Source: Cirrosporium novae-zelandiae (lineage: Eukaryota). From it: 64,000 nucleotides of DNA. Positions within the stretch are counted from its first letter, which is position 1. The number at the start of each line of letters is the position of its first letter. The position numbers and the translations under genes are program-made. The notes under the pieces were generated by a model. That model was not told the origin of the DNA. It saw nothing but the letters and a program-made list of their open reading frames with translations, and did no database searches. Positions 52,146 to 64,000 of this stretch are shown here, one piece after another. The stretch covers positions 620,001 to 684,000 of the forward strand of contig JAPETS010000005.1 of NCBI GenBank assembly GCA_026023565.1, in the 5' to 3' direction.

Positions 52146-53972
52146 CGATGTGGCTGTGACCAGGATATAAAGAACAGTCAGAGAGAGCATTTCCTGTGAC
52201 TCAATCCAAGGTCTTTGCTTCTGTATTTCAGCTTTCTACACGGGTCCAAAAACCCACAGGATAGAGTGGGCGCACCCAAGGTCTACTCGGAACAACAAGA
52301 AGACGTGAATTACATGTGATTGGTAACTTGGAGTCTCATATTTTCTTGTTGATGATTGACAATAATGAAGTTCGGAAGCTGCCAGACCCTGTTACAAAAT
52401 GCTACTGAGTATTGATTGACCCCTGGGGTTCTCAGACCAATAAATGGCCTTTGACGCCGGTGCTTCGAAACTTGAAGGGTACATATGTAGGATTGTCAGG
52501 GACTGATCGATAGGCGGGAGAAGACGACTAAAGTACTGATGATGATACAAGGGCGGGGCCAATGGGATATCCTTGACATCAATAAACAAGCCTTTACTCA
52601 ACCAAGGAGCGTTCACCCGAGGGCTCAGCTTTCCCAGGCACGCCAGGAACAAAACAATGCCCCAATTGCCCCCAATTGCCCCCAAGAAACTTTCCTATCA
52701 ACAAAATTCCCCTTTCTACCAAACATCAACTACACTAACTTACTTTTGACTTTAATTCTTTTTAAGAATTAATTAATGAATTAGATAACCACCAGATCAA
52801 AAGTGAAAAAGGTTGCCAGCTAAAGTTAAGGTCAATGATAGGCTCAAAGTCGGTGAGAAAAAATGATAGAATGACAGGAATCTGGGTTGGTTTGTTTCAT
52901 GTTTAGACAAGCAGCCGTGCCAGATGGCCAAAAGCAAGCAGGTCGACTACTTTGGACAGCCTTGGACAGGCGGAAAACGGAGATGCAGGAATGAAAAGCA
53001 ATACCAGCTGGCGGGGACCTCCTAATAACCCTCCCTTCTTGTCAGTCCGATATCTTGTCTGTTTTCTACCTGGACTGCTCTTGTCACTACTAATAGACAA
53101 CCATGACCACCCCCTCCCCCCTCCCCCCTCCTTCATAGCTAAAATTATTGTTCGATTCTGAGGTGTCGACCAAGTCTGGAAACTTGTCGTTGGTTGTTTT
53201 ACTATTCTCTGGACCTGTCTTAGATTTCTATCTCCCCTTCATTCATTGTACAAGGCCTTGCCAGCAGGACTGACCTCAGACCATAACGAGTCTAAGATTA
53301 TCTAACCTCACTACTCTGCCCTTTTCGAGCTCTCACCTCAAACTTTCTCAAATCTCAACACAGATCTCACCTTCGACTCCATCTCTTCTTTTTAGTGTGG
53401 AATTTTCTTTTGTCGCCTGGAACGTCAAAACACAACAATAGTCACAAGACTGGAAGAAGAGGATCCCCCCGAACACACAATTGTTCTATTGTATTGTCAA
53501 GGATCTATTGTTCACCTCTGTTGTTGATGACTTCAAAAAACTGAGTGATACAAGGCTGAAAAGAAGTGAAAAAGAACGCAAGAAAATAGTATGGGTATTG
53601 CTGCTGCCGGACCATCTTGAATTTTGATATATTTCTCGAAAACCAATCTACTTGATGGTAGTCCAGCACTCGTTCTGACAAACCTCTCAACTTCAACAAA
53701 CTCCCCTCGTTTATTCTCACGACTTAGAAAAATCCAACACGTCTCAATCTTTTGACGATACAAGAAAAAAGACACCAAGTCATCTCCCGGTGAGATCTCG
53801 AAAAGTCCAGGTACAGAAAAGTTTCAGATTTCGAACCATTCATTTCTTTCGCCTTCGAGCGCACAAGATACCTTTCACTGTCGGTCTATTGACTTTCGAC
53901 TTGAATTTGACGTCGCCGCCCTTCCGTTCATATCCAGAATAGAATTCTACATAAACTTACCTTCGCTTCATC

Positions 53973-55944
53973 ATGGATTCCAACCATCTTTCTTTGGGGA
54001 CTCTCGTAGATCGCGAGGCTCAACCTTCAATGACATACAACTGGACCAACCCCAACCCCACCATATTACCATATACCACTGGTCTATCTGGCGTGCATCT
54101 GGCTCTGAATGATGTATTATGGTACGCATCTCCCCTTCCCTGTGCTTTCCGCCCTTTGCTAACCCGTTTGTGATAGGCATTACCTATGGTGGTCCCTTGG
54201 GATCTTCGGTATGCTAATATTATGTATTCGCTTCATTCAGATGGGCAGTGCCCACATGCGACATCTTGTTACTCTTGGCTCCTCAGCCGAACAACAAACA
54301 TACTTCTCCCGGAATCACAGCACATTCTGGCCGTTTCTGAAGAAACATCTACTCTATGCTCCTCTTGGAAAGAAACGACACAATCGTGAGATCCAGCTCT
54401 CTACCGCTATCAACATCGGAACGCTACCTTCACGTTTCCATACCTGTATCCTCTTGGGCTACCTTCTGACAAATATCGCATATTGCCTAATTCTTGACTA
54501 CAAGGAAAAGGATCGATATGCTGTTATTGCCGAATTGCGAGGCCGATCCGGAACTTTGGCGGTTGTTAATATGGTCCCATTATTCGTTCTTGCTGGCCGC
54601 AACAATCCTCTCATTCCTATGCTTCGAGTCAGCTTCGATACTTACAACCTGCTCCACCGATGGATGGGTCGTATGGTAGTCTTCGAGTCTTGTGTACACA
54701 CGTTGGTTTGGGCATATAGCACTGTCGAGGCTGGAGGATGGGGTTTGATTAACCATCGTCTCACGACCGATGAATTTTCAATCTATGGCATGGTGGGTAC
54801 GGCTGGAATGGTGTTTCTTAGCCTCCATTCTATCTCGCCTCTCCGCCACGCCTTTTATGAGACCTTCCTGCACCTCCACCAGCTTGCTGCCATCGTCACT
54901 CTGATCGGCGTTTGGATCCACATCGAGATTGTCCCTCTCCCACAAGTTCCAATCATGTATGGCCTCTTTGGCATTTGGGGTGGTGAGCGCTTTATCCGCT
55001 TTTGCAGAGTCCTCTATCTCAACCTCTCGCGCAAAGGCACCACGAAAATTACTGTGGAGGCTATGCCCGGTGAAACTTGCCGTGTGACATGCCATCTTCC
55101 TAAGCGCGTCGACATCGAGCCAGGCTCGCACGTCTACCTCTATCTTCCAACTGTCTCCCTCTGGATGTCACATCCTTTTTCTGTTGGCTGGGTTGACCAT
55201 AACGAAACTCTCATGAGCACCCATCTCTCTGATGATCCAGAGAAGGACCCAATCTCTAATTCTAAACCTCTTCCTCACAAGCCAAGTCCATCCTCCGATT
55301 CCGCCACGTTAGCTCCTCCAAAGGGATCCCCTGGGACCTCCATTTCACTTCTCATTGCCGCTCGCACTGGTATGACTCGCAATCTCTACAATGCCGCCTG
55401 TGATGCTCCCCGCGGAACAATACACGTTGCCGGTTCAATCGAAGGTCCATACTGCAACCCCCATCCCCTTCGATCATATGGTACAGTCGTTCTTTTCGCC
55501 GCCGGCGTCGGCATAACCCACCAACTACCCTATCTCCAACAACTCCTCAACTGCTATGAAGACCACACGTGCGCGACAAAGAAAATCTTGCTCGTCTGGA
55601 CAGTCCGAAGCGCCGAATGTCTAGAATGGGTGCGCCCGTGGATGGATCAACTCCTCGCGCTTCCCCACAGGAGGGAGGTCCTAAGAGTGCAGTTGTTCGT
55701 CACGAAGCCAAGAAGTCCGAGGGACATCTCATCACCCAGCGCAACGGTGATGATGTTCCCCGGCAGACCAAACAGCCAGGTCATCATAGAAAGGGAGGCC
55801 CAAAATAGGACAGGTGCCATGTGCGTCACCGTATGCGGACCTGGTGCCTTTGCCGACGAGGTTCGGGATGGTGTCAGGAAATCTATGGGTGAACGGCATG
55901 GAGAACCAATAGTCGATTTCGTAGAGGAGGCGTTTACGTGGTGA
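53973..55944 (+). CDS. Ferric/cupric reductase transmembrane component (FRE family)
   Basis: Exon 53973-54122, intron GTACGC...GCTAAC...TAG, then long ORF; AGRNNPL, heme His LHRWMGR and YETFLHLH, FAD HPFS, EGPY, AAGVGIT, VCGPG, EEAFTW. Confidence 0.9.
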
Positions 55945-56326
55945 AATAAAATACTCTTTTTGACACCAAATAAAAAAAACTCCTCAAATGATTTCCCCCC
56001 CCCCCTGACTGTCTTATGTTGCGACAACAGTGTATAACTTCTATGACCCCCCCCCCAACAAACCTTTTTTATTATTTATTTTATTTTTCTGTAAATACAA
56101 ACTCTCCGCTTCTTCATGACGCCCGATTCACACCCACATACAAAAATTCTCTTCTCACTTTATTATTGTCGGAAGATATTCTTTCTCTTCTTTTGTAGAT
56201 ATGAGATTTTTTTTTTCATTATATATATATTTATGGGGGGATTGATGGATGAATGGATGGTGTGAAATGTGAACTTTGGATTGGATTCCTGAAAACTTAC
56301 TACACTTTTTTTTTGAGAGAAAGAAA

Positions 56327-56346
56327 GAGAGAGAGAGAGAGAGAGA
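56327..56346. repeat. (GA)n microsatellite
   Basis: About 10 GA units in AT-rich DNA downstream of the reductase. Confidence 0.75.
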
Positions 56347-57612
56347 TGGAGAGAGAAATAAGAATCTTTATATTTTATATGGATATAACATACCCCAAAA
56401 AATCAAAAGAAAAGAAAAGAGAAGTCTATAAGATAAATCCCTTCCTACAACGCCAACACAAACAGCATAGTACTTATGGTATTACTTACTTACCTACTCT
56501 TATTCAGGCTGGAAATGTGATCATGGTGACCATTAACTAACCCACTGACTCTCACGAAAACCGCCTTCCTTCCCTTTAACCAACAATCCTCGATTTTTCT
56601 CTCTTTTGACAGGGAAGTAATTAGTCTCGTCGTTTCATTTCAAATAGGATGGATAGAGAAGATAAGGGATAAAAAGGACTCTTTATCATTATCATTTATC
56701 ATTAACCACCCCCCCCCCCCCCCACACACACTTGTACTGTAGATTGGTGTTCAGAACGAATAATTACTTAGTCTACTTATTTGCATGAACACCACCAACC
56801 CCTAGAAATCAAACCTAAAGCTAAAGTTAATCTAATTCGAAACTTAAAAGAAAAACTCTTTACGTGTATTTTTTTTTCGTATTTCGGGATTAATTGTTAT
56901 TTATTCCCCGTCCCGCCAGTGTCAGGAAGCACTTGGTTTGGTTGGTTGGGTTTCTTGTATAGTAACTAAGTACCTAGGTAAGTACTGTATATTTCAGGTA
57001 CTCGAGTAGGTAGGTACTGTGTGTGTGTGTAGTTCTATAGTATGCGTGGTGTTAATAACTTCCCTTACACCCCACGTGCACGTACGCATAAATAATTCAT
57101 ACAGAGGGCGGGTACCTAGGTACCTAGGTACTTAGGTACTTAAAAGTACTTGGGAGGGAATGCTTTCAATCCCTAAGAGAACAAATCTCCAGCATCAGAA
57201 TAAATAGCCTACCCATCAAGCAAGCAAAAAATGAAAAAAACCCATTTCAGAAATTTTCATACAAGGATCATAAAAAAATAAAACCTATAATCTTATCTTT
57301 GCCCTTCTTTGAAGCAAGTGCCTTTAAGAGGCTTTGAGATTTATTATTTCTCCAGTCCCCTGCCCCCCTCCCCATCCCTTCCAATTCACAGTTTAATGTG
57401 TGTACAGTACTGTAACTTTCATTCTAAACCGCGGAGCATAAAACACCAGAATATGAAATACAACAGCCCAGCCCAGTTCAGTCGCGTTTTGCTCCTTTCC
57501 TCATTTCATTTACCATCCCGTCCCAAAACCTATAATCTGCCCCCTCTCTTCAAACCACGAAAACAAAAGGCAAAACTGGGAATCCGCACAATATAAAATA
57601 AAAAGGGAATGT

Positions 57613-59325
57613 TTAGTATCTATTCGTATGTTTATCGTCGATAGGGCTCACAGGGCTCCTAGATGTAGGCTTCTGGGCAGACTGCGGTGGAGTTGATGGT
57701 GGGTTTCCATTTCCGTACAGCTCTGAATCATAACCCCCGCCTGCACCATCTACGTTCCCCATAGTGGGTTGTAGTGGCTGATGGCTAGATAGACCTGTCG
57801 GATTGCTGAAAAAATCAGTATCCCCTTGTTCGTTCTCTTGTTGCCTTGGTGGGGGCGCAAATCCTCCTGGAGAATTGCTACTGCTATTTATTTGTTCAGG
57901 CGGCATAGCCCCTGCAATATTGGTAGCATCTTCGGCTTTTTCTTTTGCAATTTTTTGCGCCTTCTTGTATTTGCTGATCGCATCATCTAATTTTTCATTT
58001 GTTTCGATGAGTGTGACAATAGTCTCTTCTTCTCCACTCTCACCTCGTTCCGTCAAGCCTTGAATGTATGCTCTAGTGCTATCACGAGCGGTACGAGTCC
58101 GTTGCGCAAATTCTTTGATTAGTTCATTTGAGTCAAACGCGGATGGCGGAGTAGATTGGACGAGTTGCATGAGGAGGCCGGCCGTAGTGTTTGCCTCGGA
58201 GATTCGTCCAGCGAGTTCATCTGGCGGGGGTACCTGGTGTGGATCTGGACGTGGACCACGGGGAGGGTGTGGGTACGAGGCGAATTGCGGCTGGTGTTCT
58301 GGATTCCAGGCAGGGGCATTCATAGTGCGAGGGATGTAGGTACGCTCTCTTGGTGTTGGGTTCTTGGCCTTCTCTTTCCTCCACATGTTAAGTATGAGGA
58401 CAAGACCCTCATCAGCATCACCCTTTTCCGTCTCTAGTGTATTTAATGTCTCCCTTATTATCTGCTGGACACTAGGGTCGTGTGTAGTATGTATTAACTC
58501 TTTGACCGTAGAAGTGAACTTGGCATCCATGTTGCGAGTGAATGTAGGGCCAGGATTGTCAGATAATATCCTAATTAGCATAATCGCATTGTATTGTACG
58601 TGAGGGGCTGGGCGTGAAGATTTCGAATGAAACTTTGACTGGTTAGGCGCAAGGAATGTGCGGATAGTCTGAGCTGCTGACGCTGCAGCAGACGGGGAGG
58701 ATTCGGCGAGATCAACAATAGTCGGAAGGTGAAGCACCTCCTCTTCCTGTGAGTTAGATTCACCGGTTAGCTAAGAGATTCTACCATGAATTCCATCTGC
58801 ACCACCAGACAGGCTATCATGCCTGATAGTAACTAGCACCCAACAATGGTACACTCTTCATAGGTATACTTACTGCATTACTAGAACTCCCAGACTCGCA
58901 GAATAGCCTCTATAAACCACAAAAGTCATCAGTTATATCCGTCCCGGGATTGTATACTGGAAGGGAATTGGCAAAACATGTGGCCGAAATGGGGTGGCCC
59001 CCAGTGGTTCTGTTATCGGCCGTCACAGTGTAAAATATTGCAAGGCTTTCACATGGTTTATGCCCAAGTCTAGCCACATATTTTGCCGGATTTCCTCAAA
59101 TCCCTGTTATAAAAGGTAACTCATGGTGTAGCTCTTACCACACTTCGCGCAATCGTCGCCTCGGGAGAATCGGCGTCGTCGCGACTAGAGGATGATTCAT
59201 CATCACGATCTAGGTAGACGGGTAAGCTTCTACTCACGTTTTGTTAAGAATCGGAATACAGGAGCATACGTACTGGGGCTTTTGCTATTTCTCTGTTTGC
59301 TTAAGGAACCCAAGATCCGCTTCAT
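57613..59325 (-). CDS. GAT-domain protein (Lsb5/Tom1-like), 4 exons
   Basis: Splices MKRILGSLSK... / ...DSPEATIARSV / RLFCESGSSSNA / EEEVLHLPTIVDLAESSP...; QYNAIMLIRILSDNPG; GAT-like TLIETNEKL. Confidence 0.75.
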
Positions 59326-60572
59326 GATGCTCGGTATGCGTATGCGTGTAGTGGCCTTCATGATGATTAATTAAACAAATCAAGGACGCCAGAGCACAAT
59401 ATAGTAAACATACACTAAGCTCTGAATCTCTCCGGAAAGGCGGTTTTTCAAGGTTTGGGTACTGTTGGTTTCGGATGTTTTGGGTTGAACGTTTGGGAAG
59501 GAACTAACTTGGCAATGCGATCAATGATATGAAGTGTTGCTCAATGTAACTATAAAGTACACTACTCTCAAACTTCTGGAAATTCCTGGATGGAGCTCGG
59601 GGCACACCAAGAGCAACGAGCGGTTTCAGGTGGACGGGATATTTCACACGAAAGTCTGAGAAGTGATGATCTTTTGATACAATGGAAGAATTCTATATAG
59701 TTATCTGGAATTAGATATAAAATGACTCGGATGTTCTTGGAGCTTAATGGTCCTACTAATATTATTATTAATTATTTCATTACTTGGTAAACCATCAAAA
59801 AAGAATGGTACTCGAGTAGTTGCGCCTGGCGACTAGACGATTGGTTCATGTGCTGGGGATTCAATCAGATGACGAGCGTTGCGTTTGGCGAGCGACGTGG
59901 ACCGGAGACATGCGGAGAAAAGAGACGACGACACCAAACAACCCGACAAGCCCCCCCACCACCTATCACTTACCATCTTACTATCCATCTCCCCACCAAC
60001 ATTATCCTTGCCAAGAATGGCTTTTTCGCCTCTTATATACTCCGCCCCAATGGTTACGTTGGTTATTTGCGACCCAACACATACAACAACGTAAATCCGG
60101 TGGATCTTTTTATCAAGAAATATTTATCTTCTGTGATTTGACTCATATTACCATCCATATGTTAATCCTTTCTTTTCTCATTCATCCTATCCCAATTCAT
60201 CATTTCATCAATATCGACTAAACCACCAACCCGCCCCACTAAATTCATTCCTCGCAAGAATTCAGCTTCCGTGGAAAGTCCACGTTAAGCATACGTAGTA
60301 TGGCCACCACCTAACTCCAGCTCAACTGGGAGCGGCGCCATTTTGTACCGTCACTTCTATCCCAACGTGTACCAAATAAATCACCAAACCCACCTTGCTG
60401 TAAAAAGGTTATTAAGGAGGGATACGAATCGAACTTTAGTGCCGTGCATCATGTGCGGTGAATCGAATAGAAGCCTCAAGGCAGCGAATGCCAGGCGCGC
60501 CTTAGCCGCATGTTTGTAGAAAATATCGTTGTATGAATTCACATAAAATATGCGTAAATAGAAAAGAAAATA

Positions 60573-61533
60573 TCATGAGCTCTCGTAAAACCAGTATCTG
60601 TAATATATCATGTATTAGTCAAGACATCCACCGAAAGGGTGATACTGTAGTAGTTGAAAGAAAGAAAATATGGGGGATGATGAAATAGAAATAAGGAACT
60701 GACTCTGCTGCATATTGGACACTGAATTCCGCCGACATTCCTGTACAATTCTCTGGTGCGTTTCCTCCAGCGGTATTGAGTCGATAAATCTGCTCGACCT
60801 TCCCTGTATTATAGTACCTTGATACCGCGCCATCTGAGTCGGTGGCTTCTGATTTTCGTTCTAGAAATAGCCATGCCACACTGCCGTTGCCTTGTCCATA
60901 CTGCCCAAGGACAGCGTCCGAAGGAGCAGATGAAGTATTGACTTTCTTTGCATAGACTAATCCTAGTTCTTCCGTAGAGATGCTAGATGCATTGAGGTTG
61001 AATGTTGGTGTTGTTGTGTCTATGAAATAATGATGACCACTTAGATCCAAATTTGCGGGGCTGAGCTGACTAGTGTTTTCATCTTCACACTCATCGTCGG
61101 AGGTAGTTGTGCCATCGCCGGTCAGAGAGACAGGGCAATCCTCATCGAGAACAATTGCAGGCAGCATGGATAATAAATCTGGATATAGGCTTGCGACACA
61201 TGATGCATTGAATAATGCAGCAAGAGCACCAACCGGGACAGGAGTTGCAGTACTATTAGCAAGATCGCAGGTGTAATTCTGTATTCCGCGACCAATAGCG
61301 ACAAGGTTGAGGGTCAACCCGGAAGAAGGTGAAGGGAGAGGTGTTGGGGCAGTGGGGGGAGTAGCAGATGCTAGGTCGCAAGTAGGTGAGGTTGGAAATG
61401 AAGGGTCCGACCTGACCTTAGCAACATGCTCACCGACAGCACGGTAAAAGGAGGACAGTAAGGGGGATGAATCTGATGAAAAGGAAGATGTCGTAAAAAG
61501 AGCAAGAAATATTGTGGTAAGTGACAACCTCAT
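60573..61533 (-). CDS. Secreted DUF3455-family protein
   Basis: Signal peptide; VAIGRGIQNYTC, SGHHYF, VAWLFL, IYRLNTAGG; terminal intron then YWFYESS*. Confidence 0.8.
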
Positions 61534-62981
61534 AGCTGCGAGCGAAGAATGGAGTAGTATTTCAAATAGAGATATGGCCTATAAGAGTTGAGTATTCAAG
61601 GGGATAGTGACAATGAGAGGAGAGTCTAGCCACAGGCAAGAGACAAGAGGGATGATCAGAAGAGTGCTTGAGCAAGAAGTTAAGAGAAGCTCAAAAGAGT
61701 TGAGACGGATGAGAGTATAGTACATATATTGTGTAAACAAGCAAGGACAGGCCTTCAATATAATAACCATTTTGAGGTTTCAAATTTCCCCAACCGCGAT
61801 ATTACTGCATATGTACAAGCCTGAATGTATCTATAGAGATACCCGTTACAAGCATTGTTTAACCCTAGATGGATAGAGAGAAGGCGGGAAGATGTAGCCA
61901 AGGCCGAAGCGCGATCTATTCTCGGTCAAACACTAAGGTTAAAATTCGAATAAAGATCGAACAAGGAAAACTATTGGTTTCCAGTAACCTCGAGGCCATA
62001 TTGAAGCAAGGATCGTAGCAGAAAAAGACATGAGGGCGTCTGCAGGCTGGAAGGTAAATTACCAGCCATTCATGAATGGCTGGACATCCAGTAACCCATG
62101 TAAAGAAAAATTCTCCGTTGTCAAGTCAACTAATGTAATTTACACTGAGGCAAGTTAGAACTGGGTTTCACGGAAACCTGCAGAACCCATTTCTTCGGAA
62201 GGCCTTCGAAAATTAATTATTCTGGCTGGTGATCAAGCGATGTGTCATATTATAAGAGACCTGAGTAGTTACCATATATCGAGTAAGCAATGGTAGCTAT
62301 ACAGGCGAACGATGAGCTGTGAGTCAGTACCGTCGTTGTACTGTACAGTACAATACTAAAAATTCTTGAATTCAAGATGTGGAAGTTTTACTTTTAGAGC
62401 GTCAAGTGGAGTCAATCAGAAGCGCTTGTCCTCAAATCGAGTTTGTCAAATATAGTTTAGGTTGGGCGGATATATGCAGCCTCCCGCCCTCTATTTTTAT
62501 CTTTTCGTCTATGCTTTCGAGGATCGATCAATCTCAGCCAATCATCCCACTTCATCAGGCTTGTTTTGAGATTCTTCAAAACCCCACTCCAATGATAGTA
62601 ACAAGAATCCATGAGCCGCAACGTGTACGACTCGTGAGCTTACAACCTCATGAGGTCTAATCATCAATGCATGACTTGGTGACCTGATTAAATGCTTTTG
62701 CCTATATCCTGAAAGGCAATGTTCTCCGTCCCAAGGTATCAGGTACCATGGTGAAGGTTATGCTATACAGTTCAACCATCCAGGATCAATCGGAAGTGCA
62801 TCCGGAGATATTCTCCTAGGACAACAAAAATCTCCGGATCAGTTATTTTTGTAAAATTTTGTAGCCCTTGGTAGAGGTAGATAGTAGATAGTAATACACA
62901 ACTGATGACAAAGTGCTTGCGTCGCCCGCTCACCTCGGCATGAGGAACAAATCACCTGTGGTTCGCCCCTCCTGCTTTCAA

Positions 62982-64000
62982 TCACATGCTATCATCACCG
63001 TTAAAGCCTTCTTGATGCCAATCCCCATGGTGTGAATCTGCCCCAGGGTTAGTCCCAATGGAACCTCCCGCTGCTGCCGCAGCTGCCGCCACCTCTCCAA
63101 GGTTACTGGAATGTTTTTCAATATCAACCGATCCCATCCAATATAGCATCCAAAATACTAATATATGCAAGGCCAAGCAGTAACCTGCGAACAAATTTCG
63201 ACTTGTTCTATTTGCTAAAACCATTCGTGTGATGGAGAACACTATCCGTTCTGGTAGACTCATACGTTTATAAGCTCGAGCGGATTCACGACCTCTAAAG
63301 GCTGCGAATGGGGATATATTGGCTTCATATGCAGATCGATAACGATCCATAGATAGTCCTGAAGAGTTGTTGGAAGTGGCATGTATATTACCTGGGTTAG
63401 GATTGTGGGAATAAGCAGATGCAGAGCTCGATGTGCCTGCCTGTCCTCGATTGTACGTCGATACGTATCTAGTCTTTTCATAGAGACTTAGATTATCCTT
63501 CTGTAACGAGGATACCTCTTGCCTCAGGGTTGAAACCGTTTGTACTGATTTGGCAAGTTCTTCTTCTAGTTGTGAATTCTTCTGCTTGAAACGGTCCCTT
63601 TGAGCCTGCACCATTGGTAGGATTCCGGATCCACCACCAACACCCTCAGTGGTTAGGCCTGGGCTTGAAGAATTCCTAGGATCAAACCCAGAGATAATGG
63701 AAGATGTTGGAGACGTACGACCTCTGCGCAAAGAGCCATATCCAAGAGCGGATTGTGGATATCGGGAAGTATAAGTTCCTGCAACCGATGCACCTGATGA
63801 GGGCAATGCATTTGAGGCTTCTTGTTGCACCTTTAGGAGATCATTCTCAAGTGTCGAGGATAGATTTTGAGATTTTTCCAACTCGGCATGTGTCTTTGAA
63901 AGATCTTCTTGCATTGACTCAAGCCGTTGCCTTAACTCTTGATGAGAAACTCTCAGTAGTGTCAACTCATTGCTAAGCTTCTTGTTCCTGGCTAGCAGTA
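62982..64000 (-). CDS. COY1: Golgi coiled-coil membrane protein CASP/Coy1, 3' part only
   Basis: ILPMVQAQRDRFK, LQKDNLSLYEKTRY, YEANISPFAAFR, TM LFAGYCLALHILVF; the frame stays open to the window edge. Confidence 0.88.
   Translation of the reverse strand, partial: LLARNKKLSNELTLLRVSHQELRQRLESMQEDLSKTHAELEKSQNLSSTLENDLLKVQQEASNALPSSGASVAGTYTSRYPQSALGYGSLRRGRTSPTSSIISGFDPRNSSSPGLTTEGVGGGSGILPMVQAQRDRFKQKNSQLEEELAKSVQTVSTLRQEVSSLQKDNLSLYEKTRYVSTYNRGQAGTSSSASAYSHNPNPGNIHATSNNSSGLSMDRYRSAYEANISPFAAFRGRESARAYKRMSLPERIVFSITRMVLANRTSRNLFAGYCLALHILVFWMLYWMGSVDIEKHSSNLGEVAAAAAAAGGSIGTNPGADSHHGDWHQEGFNGDDSM

Overview
Gene-dense, intron-containing eukaryotic DNA from a filamentous ascomycete (Pezizomycotina-like: short GT-AG introns with CTRAC/CTAAT branch points, standard code). 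About 21 protein-coding genes, mostly housekeeping: DHA1 MFS transporter, DUS1, TBC/Rab-GAP, MMS1-like propeller, eIF5B, ERG5, MET8, SUI2, YVC1, MME1-like carrier, GH5, ubiquitin-L40, Yip1 family, LAT1, SEC7, ferric reductase, GAT-domain protein, COY1 (partial) and two DUF3455-like secreted proteins. I recognised no tRNA, rRNA, transposon or CRISPR. The best candidate for an undescribed system is a divergent gene pair at 7.1-11.8 kb: a type-I-membrane GT32-like glycosyltransferase (DxD replaced by D-T-N) fused to a LamG/ConA-like domain, facing a diverged GlfB/UgtA-like nucleotide-sugar transporter. Other notable items are a probable non-AUG mitochondrial presequence on DUS1, a split ATG plus 7-nt microexon in ubiquitin-L40, hairpin-forming long introns and recurring intergenic TAC...GTA palindromes. 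All family assignments come from motif recognition by eye; no searches were run.
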